Assembly (NCBI GenBank): GCA_009692935.1
Contig: SHYE01000001.1
Coordinates: forward strand, 4,418-68,417
Direction: 5' to 3'
Length of the DNA stretch: 64,000 bases
From: Dehalococcoidia bacterium
GTDB taxonomy: Bacteria > Chloroflexota > Dehalococcoidia > SHYD01
The position numbers and the translations under genes are program-made. The notes beneath the pieces were generated by a model. The model ran no database searches. It saw nothing but the letters and a program-made list of their open reading frames with translations, and was not told where the DNA came from. Below, piece by piece: positions 9,011-18,102 of the stretch (positions within the stretch are counted from its first letter, which is position 1; every line of letters starts with the position of its first letter).

Positions 9011-10284
9011 GCATCTTCGTCTTCGGCGTGCTGTTCCTGCTGCTGTTCGCCGGCTTCTCCATCGCGCTCTCGCTGGGCATCTCCTCCACCGCAGCGCTCT
9101 ACTACTTCACCAACATCCCGCTCACCGCCATCCCCCAGAAGATCTACACCAACCTCGACACCTTCCCGTTGCTGGCGGTGCCGTTCTTCATCCTGGCCAG
9201 CAACATCTTCGCGGTGGGCGGCGTGGCCGACCGCATCATCCGGCTCAGCAACACCATGTTCGGCCATGTCCACGGCGGGCTCGCCATCTCGGGCGTGGCG
9301 GCCTGTGCCTTGTTCGCCGCGGTCTCCGGTTCCAGCCCGGCAACAGTCGTAGCCATCGGCGGCATCATGATTCCCGCAATGATTCGCGCTGGGTATGGCC
9401 GCTCCTACGCAGTGGGGTCCATGGCCACTGCAGGCGCGCTCGGCATCATGATTCCGCCCAGCATTCCTATGGTCCTCTACGGCTTCGCCACCAACGAGTC
9501 GGTGGGCAAGCTGTTCCTGGCCGGCGTCCTACCCGGCATCTTCCAGGCCACCGCCCTGGCCCTGGTGTGCTATGTGGTGGCACGCCGGGCCAACTACCAG
9601 CGCGACCCAGCGGCCACTTGGGGCGAGCGCTGGGCAGCAGTGAAGTACGCGGCTCCCAGCATGCTGTTGCCCACAGTGATCATCGGCGGCATCTACAGTG
9701 GGGTGTTCACCCCTACCGAGGCCGCGGCGGTGGCAGTACTAGTGGGCATTGTGGTGGGCATGTTCATCCACCGGGAACTTGCGCTCAAAGACTTCCCGCG
9801 CATCTTCATCGAGACGGGCAAGACCTCGGCCATGCTGATGTTCATCATCACCATGGCCCAGCTCTTCGCCTTTGTGCTCACCATCGAGCAGATTCCGCAC
9901 GCCATCGCCAGCGCGGTGGTCAGCGTGGCCAGCGAGCCGTGGATGATCCTGCTGTTGATTAACTTCATCCTGCTGCTGGCCGGCGACTTCATGGACCCGG
10001 CCCCCATCATCCTGATCATGGCACCCATCTTCCACCCCATCGCGAAGGCGGTCGGCATCGACCCCATCCACCTCGGCATCATCATGACCATGAACATGGA
10101 GATCGGCCTCATCACTCCACCGGTGGGTCTGAACCTCTACGTGGCCAGCGGCATCGCGGAAATGCCGCTGTACACGGTGATGCGCGCCGCCGCGCCCTGG
10201 ATTGTGGTGCAGTGCGTAGTACTGGCCGTGGTCACCTATTGGCCCGACCTCAGCCTGTTCCTGCCCACCCTGCTGTACAAGTAG
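9007..10284 (+). CDS. dctM: TRAP transporter large permease subunit (DctM)
   Basis: Start trimmed to the ATG at 9007 (MSIFVFGVLFLLLFAGF), coupled to the dctQ stop. Polytopic, 425 aa. Confidence 0.85.
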   Translation: MSIFVFGVLFLLLFAGFSIALSLGISSTAALYYFTNIPLTAIPQKIYTNLDTFPLLAVPFFILASNIFAVGGVADRIIRLSNTMFGHVHGGLAISGVAACALFAAVSGSSPATVVAIGGIMIPAMIRAGYGRSYAVGSMATAGALGIMIPPSIPMVLYGFATNESVGKLFLAGVLPGIFQATALALVCYVVARRANYQRDPAATWGERWAAVKYAAPSMLLPTVIIGGIYSGVFTPTEAAAVAVLVGIVVGMFIHRELALKDFPRIFIETGKTSAMLMFIITMAQLFAFVLTIEQIPHAIASAVVSVASEPWMILLLINFILLLAGDFMDPAPIILIMAPIFHPIAKAVGIDPIHLGIIMTMNMEIGLITPPVGLNLYVASGIAEMPLYTVMRAAAPWIVVQCVVLAVVTYWPDLSLFLPTLLYK

Positions 10285-10363
10285 CCCGTTCACCAGCGGC
10301 CCGCCCACCCTATAATGACCGCATGGTGGCAACAGGCTACCCACCCCTGCAAGGAGGCCGCCT

Positions 10364-11554
10364 ATGCGCTGGTCATCCGCTATCTCCGATAACGCCGACC
10401 TCGCCGTAGCGATTCGCGACGCCACCACTGAAGCCATTGCCGACCTTGAGGGCGAGCCCGCTCACCTCGCGGTGGTGTTCGTGTCCACCCACCATTACGG
10501 CGGGTTCGATCTCCTGCCGGAGCTGTTGCAGCCACTGCTGGGCGATGCACTGCTGCTGGGGTGCAGCGCCGGCGGCGTCATTGGGGGTGGGCACGAGGTG
10601 GAGCAGCGTCCTGGGTTCTCCATCACGCTGGCCAGCCTGCCGGGCGTCGAGATCGCGCCGTTCACGGTGACCGACGACGAACTCCCGAACCAGGACGCTT
10701 CCCCCGACGCCTGGGCCACCCTGGTGCACACCACTCCCGACGCTAACCCGCACTTTGTGCTGCTGGCTGATCCGTTCTCCATGCGCATCGACGACCTGGT
10801 GGTGGGGCTCGACTACGCCTTCCCGCTGGCCGCCAAGGTGGGAGGGATGGCCAGCGCGGGCGCCCGCAGTGGGGTCAACGCGCTGTACCTGGGTGACCAG
10901 GTCATCAAGAGCGGTGGCGTCGGCGTGGCGCTCACCGGAAACGTGGCGGTCGACACCGTAGTCGCGCAGGGCTGCCGCCCTATCGGCGAACCGATGCAGA
11001 TCACCCGCTGCGAGCACAACGCCCTGCTGGAGGTGGCCGGCCGGCCGCCGATGGAAGTACTGCAGGAGCTGTTCAGCCGTGCCAACACTCACGACCAGCA
11101 ATTGTTCAGCGGCTCGCTGTTTCTAGGCCTGGTGATGGACGAACTGGCCAGCGAGTACAAGCTTGGCGACTTCCTCATCCGCAACCTGATGGGCGTCGAC
11201 CGCGAGCACGGGGCAGTGTACATCGGCGCGATGCTGCGGGAACACCAGACGGTGCAGTTCCACCTGCGCGACGCTGGCACCGCCTCGGATGACCTGCGCA
11301 ATATGCTGGGCATGTATCTGGCGGAGCACGAGCCGCGCCACGCCGAGGGCGCGTTGCTGTTCAGTTGCCTGGGCCGCGGCACCGGCCTGTTCGGCGCGCC
11401 CGACCACGATACCGACCTGTTCCGCGAATTCGTAGGGCCTGTGCCCCTGGGCGGCTTCTTCTGCAACGGCGAGATTGGGCAGGTGGGCGGCGGCACCTAC
11501 GTGCACGGCTACACCAGCAGCTTCGGCATCTTCCGGCCCGCCCGCCGGGATTAG
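10364..11554 (+). CDS. FIST-domain sensor protein (FIST N plus FIST C), no output domain
   Basis: 396 aa with the layout of FIST N/C domains. AAGGAGG RBS. Confidence 0.6.
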   Translation: MRWSSAISDNADLAVAIRDATTEAIADLEGEPAHLAVVFVSTHHYGGFDLLPELLQPLLGDALLLGCSAGGVIGGGHEVEQRPGFSITLASLPGVEIAPFTVTDDELPNQDASPDAWATLVHTTPDANPHFVLLADPFSMRIDDLVVGLDYAFPLAAKVGGMASAGARSGVNALYLGDQVIKSGGVGVALTGNVAVDTVVAQGCRPIGEPMQITRCEHNALLEVAGRPPMEVLQELFSRANTHDQQLFSGSLFLGLVMDELASEYKLGDFLIRNLMGVDREHGAVYIGAMLREHQTVQFHLRDAGTASDDLRNMLGMYLAEHEPRHAEGALLFSCLGRGTGLFGAPDHDTDLFREFVGPVPLGGFFCNGEIGQVGGGTYVHGYTSSFGIFRPARRD

Positions 11555-11661
11555 GCCACCGGGCGATGCCCCGGCGCCCATGGGTCAGCCGGGGCCGCTT
11601 TCCCACTGCACGGGGAGGGGCCACCCCGAAATTGGTGGCCCCTCTTTACGAACTGAAACGG

Positions 11662-12759
11662 CTACCCCACGAAGGGCATGATGCTGACGTGGATGGCGCC
11701 GGGTGCGCCCTTGCCCGCCACCGCGTCGATGGCCTCGGACGCGCGGTTCATGGGAAAGGTGTGGGTGGAGATGTCTTCCATGGGCAGGTTGCCATTGGTG
11801 ATGAAGTCGATGGCAATTTCCACCGACTTGTAGCTGTGACCGTTAGCCTGCTTGATCACCAGCTTGCGGCGACCGAAAGTCGAGACGTCGATCGTCTCTT
11901 TGCCAGCCGCAGCCAACACAATGTTGCAGCGCTTGCCGGCCACCGAGATGCTGTCTTGCACCGTGGTCTTGCTGCCGCCGGTCACGTTCACCACCACGTT
12001 CACGCCCTCGCCACCGGTGGCGTCCATCACCCGGGCCTTGAAGTCCTCGGTCTGCACGTCGATGGTGTGGGTCGCCCCCAGTTTGCGGGCAATCTCCAGC
12101 CGGCGGGTGTCGCCACTGAGACCGGTGACAATGATGGTACTGGCGCCGGCCGCCTTAGCGGCGATGACGCAGGCCAAGCCCTGCTGACCCGGGCCCTGCA
12201 CCAGAATCGCATCGCCCAGGCTCACTTCGCCGTAGCGGTAAGCCCACTCCACGCCGTTGCTGAACGGCAGGAAGGCTGCGGCGTGGGGCGCCGGCACCTT
12301 CGACGACATGCGGTGCACCACGGCATCGGGGTGGATGTACATGTACTCGCTATAGCCGCCCCACAGCGCTGGGGACGTGTCGATGCCGGTGGAGCCGTAC
12401 CATAAGCGAGGTCCCTCGCCAGCGATGTCGGTCTGCGGGCAGAAGCGGAAGTCGTCGGAACGGCACCACTCGCACTTACCGCAGGGTACGTACTCCTCCA
12501 GCGCGACGCGATCGCCCTCCTTGACCTTCCACTTACGGGCGGCGGTAGCCCCCAGCTTGACCACGATCCCCACGTTCTCGTGGCCTAGGATCTTTGGCCC
12601 GTTGCCCATACGCTCGCGCCCGTGGATGTCGGACCCGCAGATGCCGCAGGCTTCGAGCTTCAGCAGGCCGCCGTCGTCGGGCACCTCCGGCAGGTCGAAC
12701 TCGCGCATCTCGAACTGGTTGGGGGCCACCAACACGGCGGCAAGGCTCTTCTGTGGCAT
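11662..12759 (-). CDS. zinc-dependent alcohol dehydrogenase (MDR; threonine/sorbitol-dehydrogenase-like)
   Basis: GICGSDIHG catalytic-zinc motif, a second Cys cluster (CGKCEWC) and a Rossmann fold GPGQQGLACVIAAKAAGA. Confidence 0.8.
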   Translation of the reverse strand: MPQKSLAAVLVAPNQFEMREFDLPEVPDDGGLLKLEACGICGSDIHGRERMGNGPKILGHENVGIVVKLGATAARKWKVKEGDRVALEEYVPCGKCEWCRSDDFRFCPQTDIAGEGPRLWYGSTGIDTSPALWGGYSEYMYIHPDAVVHRMSSKVPAPHAAAFLPFSNGVEWAYRYGEVSLGDAILVQGPGQQGLACVIAAKAAGASTIIVTGLSGDTRRLEIARKLGATHTIDVQTEDFKARVMDATGGEGVNVVVNVTGGSKTTVQDSISVAGKRCNIVLAAAGKETIDVSTFGRRKLVIKQANGHSYKSVEIAIDFITNGNLPMEDISTHTFPMNRASEAIDAVAGKGAPGAIHVSIMPFVG

Positions 12760-12824
12760 GGTCTGTCTCCTTCTGCTAACTCCTGTGCTTGCTTGCGCAC
12801 CCGACCCGTGGGCATCTGGGTGAA

Positions 12825-12912
12825 CTTCTACCCTCCCCTAGCCCCTCGCTGCAAGGGAGGGGAACCGGATGATTCCTCCCCCTTGCAGCGAGGGGCTAGG
12901 GGAGGGTAGAAG
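12825..12912. repeat. REP-like GC-rich palindromic element (cttctaccctcccctagcccctcgctgcaaggg ... cccttgcagcgaggggctaggggagggtagaagc)
   Basis: About 33-bp perfect inverted-repeat arms. The outer arms are near-identical to the element at 61473-61528. Confidence 0.65.
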
Positions 12913-12990
12913 CTCTGCTCACTTCTCACGCCCACCAATCATTCCATCCGCACTCCCATTGGGAGAGCGCTACGGCGAGGGCCTTCCGAC

Positions 12991-14112
12991 TTACGACCGC
13001 TCGCGCTCGCGCTCGCGCTCGGCAGCCGCCTTCTCGCGCAGCAGCCGGGGGCGGACCTTGTAGTACAGGTACGGAAACTCCTCTTTGGCCATCGCCTCGA
13101 AGAAGTAGCGGATACCGGGAGCAACCCGAATCTGCTTGGACTGCACGTCGCTGGTGTTGATGTGCTGGTGCTTGGTCTGCGGGCCCTGCACGTGGAAGCA
13201 GGTGCCTTCCTTCCAGGATATCTTCTCCCCGTCCACAATGCTGTAGCCCGAACCCTGGATGATGTAGAGGTGGGCCTCCATGTGGGCGTGGGTGCCACCC
13301 TCGTCGTGCGGTTCATTGATCAGGTAACTGCTGATCTCCTGCTCGTAGGGATGCCAACCATTGGTGTCTTTGCCCACCCGCATGAAGTTGACGCCGCCGG
13401 CGTTGTGCAGGCCCGGGCGAATGCCGGCTGCTGCGTAGCCCTCGATGGTGCCCAGCACAATGGGCTTTTCTGGGTCGATCTCCAGGATATCCTCTGGCGC
13501 TAGGCCGGGCCCACCCTCAGCGCCCATGGTCGTCGGCGCCTCTCCGATCTTCAGCACGATACGGCGGCCCCGGTCATCGAAACCGTTCTCCGACACCGGT
13601 ACCGTGGGCAGCGCGGTGGTCTTGCCCCAGTTGTCGTACTGGGTGAAGCGAGCCATGCCGCACCAGAACTCCAGGTGCGGCGACATCACCGAGAAGTAGC
13701 GGGCCGGGACGTCGCCGGTGTTGAAGTGCTGGTGCACGGCGCCGAAGGGGATGAGCAGGGTGCTGAACGGCTCCCAGTTGTAGCGCACGCCATTCACTGT
13801 GGAGAACCCGCTGCCGGTGATGATGTGGATGGCCTCTTCGCCGTGCTTGTGCGTGCCGGTGTGAGCGCCCACCGGGATCTCCGAGATCATGCTGGTGGAG
13901 CCCCAGGTGCGGAAGCCGGTCTCCGGCGTGACCAACAGGCCGACCTTGGCGTCCTGCTGCGTCTCGACGTACTCCACTTCCTCTTCATGAATCCACTTGC
14001 GGGCCTTGTTGAACTCCTCCCGCGACTTATCCCACATATTCAGCCAGTCGTCATAGAACGTTGGCAATTGTCGTCCTTCCCCTGCATTCCGTGCAGGACG
14101 GTTGATTCCCAA
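12991..14112 (-). CDS. bicupin dioxygenase, gentisate 1,2-dioxygenase-like (cupin superfamily)
   Basis: Two cupin modules with His-rich metal sites (HTGTHKHGEEAIHI ; GGTHAHMEAHLYIIQG). TTG start at 14112, alternative TTG at 14067. C-terminus ends in RERERERS, encoded by (CGCTCG)x4 at 12998-13021. Confidence 0.65.
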   Translation of the reverse strand: MGINRPARNAGEGRQLPTFYDDWLNMWDKSREEFNKARKWIHEEEVEYVETQQDAKVGLLVTPETGFRTWGSTSMISEIPVGAHTGTHKHGEEAIHIITGSGFSTVNGVRYNWEPFSTLLIPFGAVHQHFNTGDVPARYFSVMSPHLEFWCGMARFTQYDNWGKTTALPTVPVSENGFDDRGRRIVLKIGEAPTTMGAEGGPGLAPEDILEIDPEKPIVLGTIEGYAAAGIRPGLHNAGGVNFMRVGKDTNGWHPYEQEISSYLINEPHDEGGTHAHMEAHLYIIQGSGYSIVDGEKISWKEGTCFHVQGPQTKHQHINTSDVQSKQIRVAPGIRYFFEAMAKEEFPYLYYKVRPRLLREKAAAERERERERS

Positions 14113-14285
14113 ACTTTCGTGAACCCCCTGGTCTGCTCAGTGGCTGGCTACCGCCTTAGACACTGATATGGGTACCGCCGCCGTAAACGGCGGCCCCGAA
14201 CTACCACCCAAACGGTCTGTGGTGTTGCAGGATATTGGCCCGCCGTTTACGGCGGCGGTACCTTCCTGCCCCCCCTCTCATTCCT

Positions 14286-15182
14286 TTACTGCCGCAACCT
14301 CGGGTCCAGCGTATCGCGCAAGGCATCGCCCAGAACGTTGAAGCCCAAGATGACGAAGGTGATTACCAATCCGGGAGCGAAGGCCATCCAGATGGCGGTG
14401 GTCATATAGGTGCGGCCGCCGCCACTCAGCATCCCTCCCCAGGTGGGGAAGGGGGGCGGCACACCCAGGCCCAGGAAGCTAAGGCTGGACTCCGCAAGAA
14501 TGGCGGTGCCCAGGCTGCCAGAAATGATGATGATGAACGGCGCGAAGCAGTTGGGCATCACGTGCAGCAACATCAGGCGCCAGTCGCCGGCCCCCACGGC
14601 GCGCGCGCCATCGATGTATTGGTTGCGCATAACGCTGAGCGCTTGGCTGCGGATAACCCGCACGCCTGAAGGGATAAGCGTGAACGAGATGGCGCCGATC
14701 ACGTTGATCATCGACGCGCCGAGCACCGCCACCACGGCCATGGCCATCACCAGTACCGGTAGCGCCAGCAGCACGTCGGTCAGCCACTGAATCGCCTTGT
14801 CGATCATGGTGCCCTGGTAGAAGGCCGACATAATGCCCAGGAGGGCGCCGATGCCCTTGCCGATGAACACACTGACCAGCGAGACGGTGATGCTGATCTG
14901 GCCGCCCCAGATAATGCGACTCAACAGGTCGCGCCCCAACTCATCGGTGCCGAACCAGTGCTGCATGCTGGGAGCGCTCACCGTTGGGCCGACCGCCAGT
15001 TCCAGCGGGTCGTAGGGCGCGGTGATCGGCGCGAGCACCGAGACGACGGCCACAAACAGCAGCAGGACAGCGGCCACCGCACCAACCGGCTTGTGGGCGG
15101 CTGTACGCCGCAGCCGCACCGGCCAGGTATCGTGTGGGGCAGATGCCAGGGGACCGAGAGTGATTGCTTGTTCTTGTGCCAT
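14286..15182 (-). CDS. ABC transporter permease (peptide/nickel family, DppC/OppC-like)
   Basis: 298-aa polytopic protein. Confidence 0.85.
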   Translation of the reverse strand: MAQEQAITLGPLASAPHDTWPVRLRRTAAHKPVGAVAAVLLLFVAVVSVLAPITAPYDPLELAVGPTVSAPSMQHWFGTDELGRDLLSRIIWGGQISITVSLVSVFIGKGIGALLGIMSAFYQGTMIDKAIQWLTDVLLALPVLVMAMAVVAVLGASMINVIGAISFTLIPSGVRVIRSQALSVMRNQYIDGARAVGAGDWRLMLLHVMPNCFAPFIIIISGSLGTAILAESSLSFLGLGVPPPFPTWGGMLSGGGRTYMTTAIWMAFAPGLVITFVILGFNVLGDALRDTLDPRLRQ

Positions 15183-15184
15183 AG

Positions 15185-16129
15185 CTATTTAAACCGGATG
15201 CGGGGGTCCATAACCCCGTACATCACGTCCACAAAGATATTGAGCAACACGAAGAAGAATGCGAAGAACAGGATGTTCGCCTGCAGTTGCGAATAGTCTC
15301 GCTGGAAGATGGCCTCGGCGGTGAGCCGACCCACACCGGGCAGCGAGAAGATGTTCTCGATGATGACGGTGCCGCCCAGCAACCGCCCAAGCTGCAAGCC
15401 AAGAATCGTGACCACGGGGATCATCGCGTTCTTCAGCGCATGCTGCACAATGACCCGGCCCTCCAGCAGGCCCTTTGCGCGGGCTGTGCGCACGTAGTCC
15501 TGGCGAATCACCTCGAGCATTGTGGCCCGGCTCAACCGGGCGATGCCGCCGAGTTGGTGGATGGCCAGCACCAAGGCCGGCAGCATGAACTGCTGCACGT
15601 TGCGCAGGGGATCCACGGTGATCTCGGTGAACCCCAAGGGCGGCGAGTAGTGGAACCAGAGCGCCAGGAAGATGATGGACATGGTGCCCAGCCAGAACTC
15701 TGGTATGCCGATACCCAGGATGGCCAGCACTCGCACCACGTGATCGAAGGGTTTGTCTTGCTTGACCGCGGCCAGCACCCCAATGGGGAGGCCGATGGCC
15801 ACCGCCAAAATCAGCGAGATGAGCGCCAACTCGAACGTTACCGGCCAGCGGTCTGCCAGCTGCTGCACCACCGGCTCGCGCTTCCGTAGCGAAAGGCCGA
15901 GGTCCCCCTGGACAAGGCCAACCATCCACGTGAAGTACTGCTCATAGATCGGCTTATCGAGGCCCAGTTCCTCTCGCAGCGCCGCAATCGCCTCGGGCCG
16001 GGCGTCGTCACCCAGGCTGAGTGCTGCCACATCGCCGGGGATGACCCGGATCAGCAGGAACACCAAGGTAGCGACACCAAAAACTGCGGTGAGGCCCCAG
16101 AGAAGCCGTCGAATGACGTACTGTCGCAT
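15185..16129 (-). CDS. ABC transporter permease (DppB/OppB-like)
   Basis: 314-aa polytopic protein, adjacent and co-directional with the DppC-like gene. Confidence 0.85.
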   Translation of the reverse strand: MRQYVIRRLLWGLTAVFGVATLVFLLIRVIPGDVAALSLGDDARPEAIAALREELGLDKPIYEQYFTWMVGLVQGDLGLSLRKREPVVQQLADRWPVTFELALISLILAVAIGLPIGVLAAVKQDKPFDHVVRVLAILGIGIPEFWLGTMSIIFLALWFHYSPPLGFTEITVDPLRNVQQFMLPALVLAIHQLGGIARLSRATMLEVIRQDYVRTARAKGLLEGRVIVQHALKNAMIPVVTILGLQLGRLLGGTVIIENIFSLPGVGRLTAEAIFQRDYSQLQANILFFAFFFVLLNIFVDVMYGVMDPRIRFK

Positions 16130-16222
16130 TCCCAGGTGTTCCTGTCTGAGCGCAGGCCGGCCGTGACCGGAGCCACAGGGCTATCGGTCACGGCCGGCGC
16201 AGGTGCGCTGCTTACGTTCTGG

Positions 16223-17863
16223 TTACTTGTCGAGCCAGGTCTCGAGGGTCTTCAGCCCAAAGCCCCAGTACATGTGCGGGTAGTACCCTTTCACATACGG
16301 GCGCCAGTAGTAGGCGGTGTGGTCGCTGTACGGTTGCAGGAAGCCGATGGCGCGCTCGTTGATCATGCGGAGCGCGTCGTGCACCGCCTTCTTCCGCTCG
16401 GTCACGTCAGTGATCGAGCGCTGCTTCTCCAGCAGCGGGTCGAGCTGTGGGTCGCACGCCTTAGAGTAGTTCAGCGAGCTGCCGCATTTGAACGTCGCGT
16501 ATATGTTGCCGTCGGGGTCGGGCCGGAAGGACCCGCCAAAGATGTGCAGGTGGAACTCGGCCTTGCGCTTGCGGTCGAAGGCCACCGCGTTTTCCACAGT
16601 GTCGAGCTTGGGATCGAAGCCGGCGGCCTTGAGCTGGCTCACCAGCATCTCGCCCCACAGGCGGAAGCCCTGACCGCTTGCCGGCGTCCACATGATCTCC
16701 ACCGGCAGGTTCTCGCGGCCCGCGTCCTTGAGCAGTTGACGGGCCTTTGCCGGGTCGGCCGCATAGTACTTGCCGATCTCGGCGGCCGGCAGCGACCAGT
16801 CGCCCCAAGCCGGGCCGATGCCCGCGATGTTGAGCTGTGCCTTGCCCTTAGAAAGGGCATCGATGAAGGCCTTGGGGTTGATGGCGGCCTGAATCGCCTG
16901 CCGCACCCGAATATCCTTGCCCGGTTCCCATTGCTGGCTGATGTATATCTTGTCGCCGCCGGCGTCCAGTAACTCCACGATTGTGGCGTCCTTGGCGCCC
17001 TGCTTCAGGGTGTCCAGCAGTGGGCTGGAGCCGGGCAGGCAGCGAGCGCAGATGTCGACTTGGCCCGCAACGAACGCCGCCACCTGGGCAGCCTCGTCAG
17101 GGATGATGTACATATCGTAGCCGTCCAGATAGGGCAAGCTGCGGCCCTTCTCGTCCTTCAGGAAGAAGTCGGGGTTCTTCTTCATCTTGAAGACGGAGCC
17201 CTCCTTGCCGCTCTCAAAGCGGTAGGGGCCGTAGCCGATGGCCTGCTTCTCGCTGAGGCCTGCTTCCACCAGGGCTTGCGGAACCATCAATAGCTCCGTG
17301 TTGCCTGCGTAGGTGAGGAACGGCGCGAAGGGGCCGTTCATGATAACCTTCACGGTGTAGGGATCCGGCGTCTCGATGGACTTGATCTCCTCCACCATGT
17401 ACTTCGCGGTCGACTGGCGGTCGTCGCGGTAGCGTTCCAGGTTGAACTTCACGTCCTTCGACGTGAACTCAGACCCGTTCAACGGCGCCTTGTTCTCGTT
17501 CATCACGCCCTTGCGCAAGTTGAAGGTGTAGGTGCCGCCGTCCGGCGAGACCTCCCACTTCTCGGCAAGGTACGACTGTAGTACGGTGCTGGTATACCCC
17601 TGCTCTTTGCCCAGCTTGTAACGGAGCAGCATACCGTAGGTACCGCCGGTGATCATCTCCATGTCGGAGACGTTCTTCCGGATCGGATCCAGGTACACCG
17701 GGTCAGTGTGGTACGAGAACCGCAGTATGCCGCCGGCCTTCACCTCATTCGAGCCGCCGCCCGCTGGCGGGGGGGCGGCCTGCGGGGTGGCACACGCCAC
17801 GCTGAGCATGCCGCCGGCAAGTACCGAGAGCGCTACGGCCATTTTGCCGCGTCGCAGTAGCAT
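16223..17863 (-). CDS. ABC transporter substrate-binding lipoprotein, family 5 (peptide/nickel/opine type)
   Basis: Trimmed to the ATG at 17863 with a perfect AAAGGAGG RBS (MLLRRGKMAVALSVLAGGMLSVAC lipobox). Length and position fit SBP_bac_5. Confidence 0.85.
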   Translation of the reverse strand: MLLRRGKMAVALSVLAGGMLSVACATPQAAPPPAGGGSNEVKAGGILRFSYHTDPVYLDPIRKNVSDMEMITGGTYGMLLRYKLGKEQGYTSTVLQSYLAEKWEVSPDGGTYTFNLRKGVMNENKAPLNGSEFTSKDVKFNLERYRDDRQSTAKYMVEEIKSIETPDPYTVKVIMNGPFAPFLTYAGNTELLMVPQALVEAGLSEKQAIGYGPYRFESGKEGSVFKMKKNPDFFLKDEKGRSLPYLDGYDMYIIPDEAAQVAAFVAGQVDICARCLPGSSPLLDTLKQGAKDATIVELLDAGGDKIYISQQWEPGKDIRVRQAIQAAINPKAFIDALSKGKAQLNIAGIGPAWGDWSLPAAEIGKYYAADPAKARQLLKDAGRENLPVEIMWTPASGQGFRLWGEMLVSQLKAAGFDPKLDTVENAVAFDRKRKAEFHLHIFGGSFRPDPDGNIYATFKCGSSLNYSKACDPQLDPLLEKQRSITDVTERKKAVHDALRMINERAIGFLQPYSDHTAYYWRPYVKGYYPHMYWGFGLKTLETWLDK

Positions 17864-17900
17864 CGTTGCGACCTCCTTTAGTCTGGCACAGAAAATACCC

Positions 17901-17918
17901 CTCTGTCGCGTGACAGAG
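17901..17918. promoter_or_regulatory. candidate operator: perfect palindrome CTCTGTC-GCGT-GACAGAG in the divergent promoter region
   Basis: 18-nt dyad 38 bp upstream of the SBP start codon, in a locally AT-richer intergenic region between the SBP operon and the cdc48-like gene. Confidence 0.35.
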
Positions 17919-18102
17919 ATTTGATCATTGATACGCTGGTTTACGACAAGAGTCAATAAAAAGGGCTGGGAAAACCAAAGTAAGGCGTTAGCCATAGTAT
18001 GGTTTGCTGCTGGACTTTCGTTTCTTCTGGTACCAAGATAACTTCCGGGTTGCGCGGCCGGAGTCTCGTCGCCAACAGTATCTCCTATGCGCAGAGGTGT
18101 CC

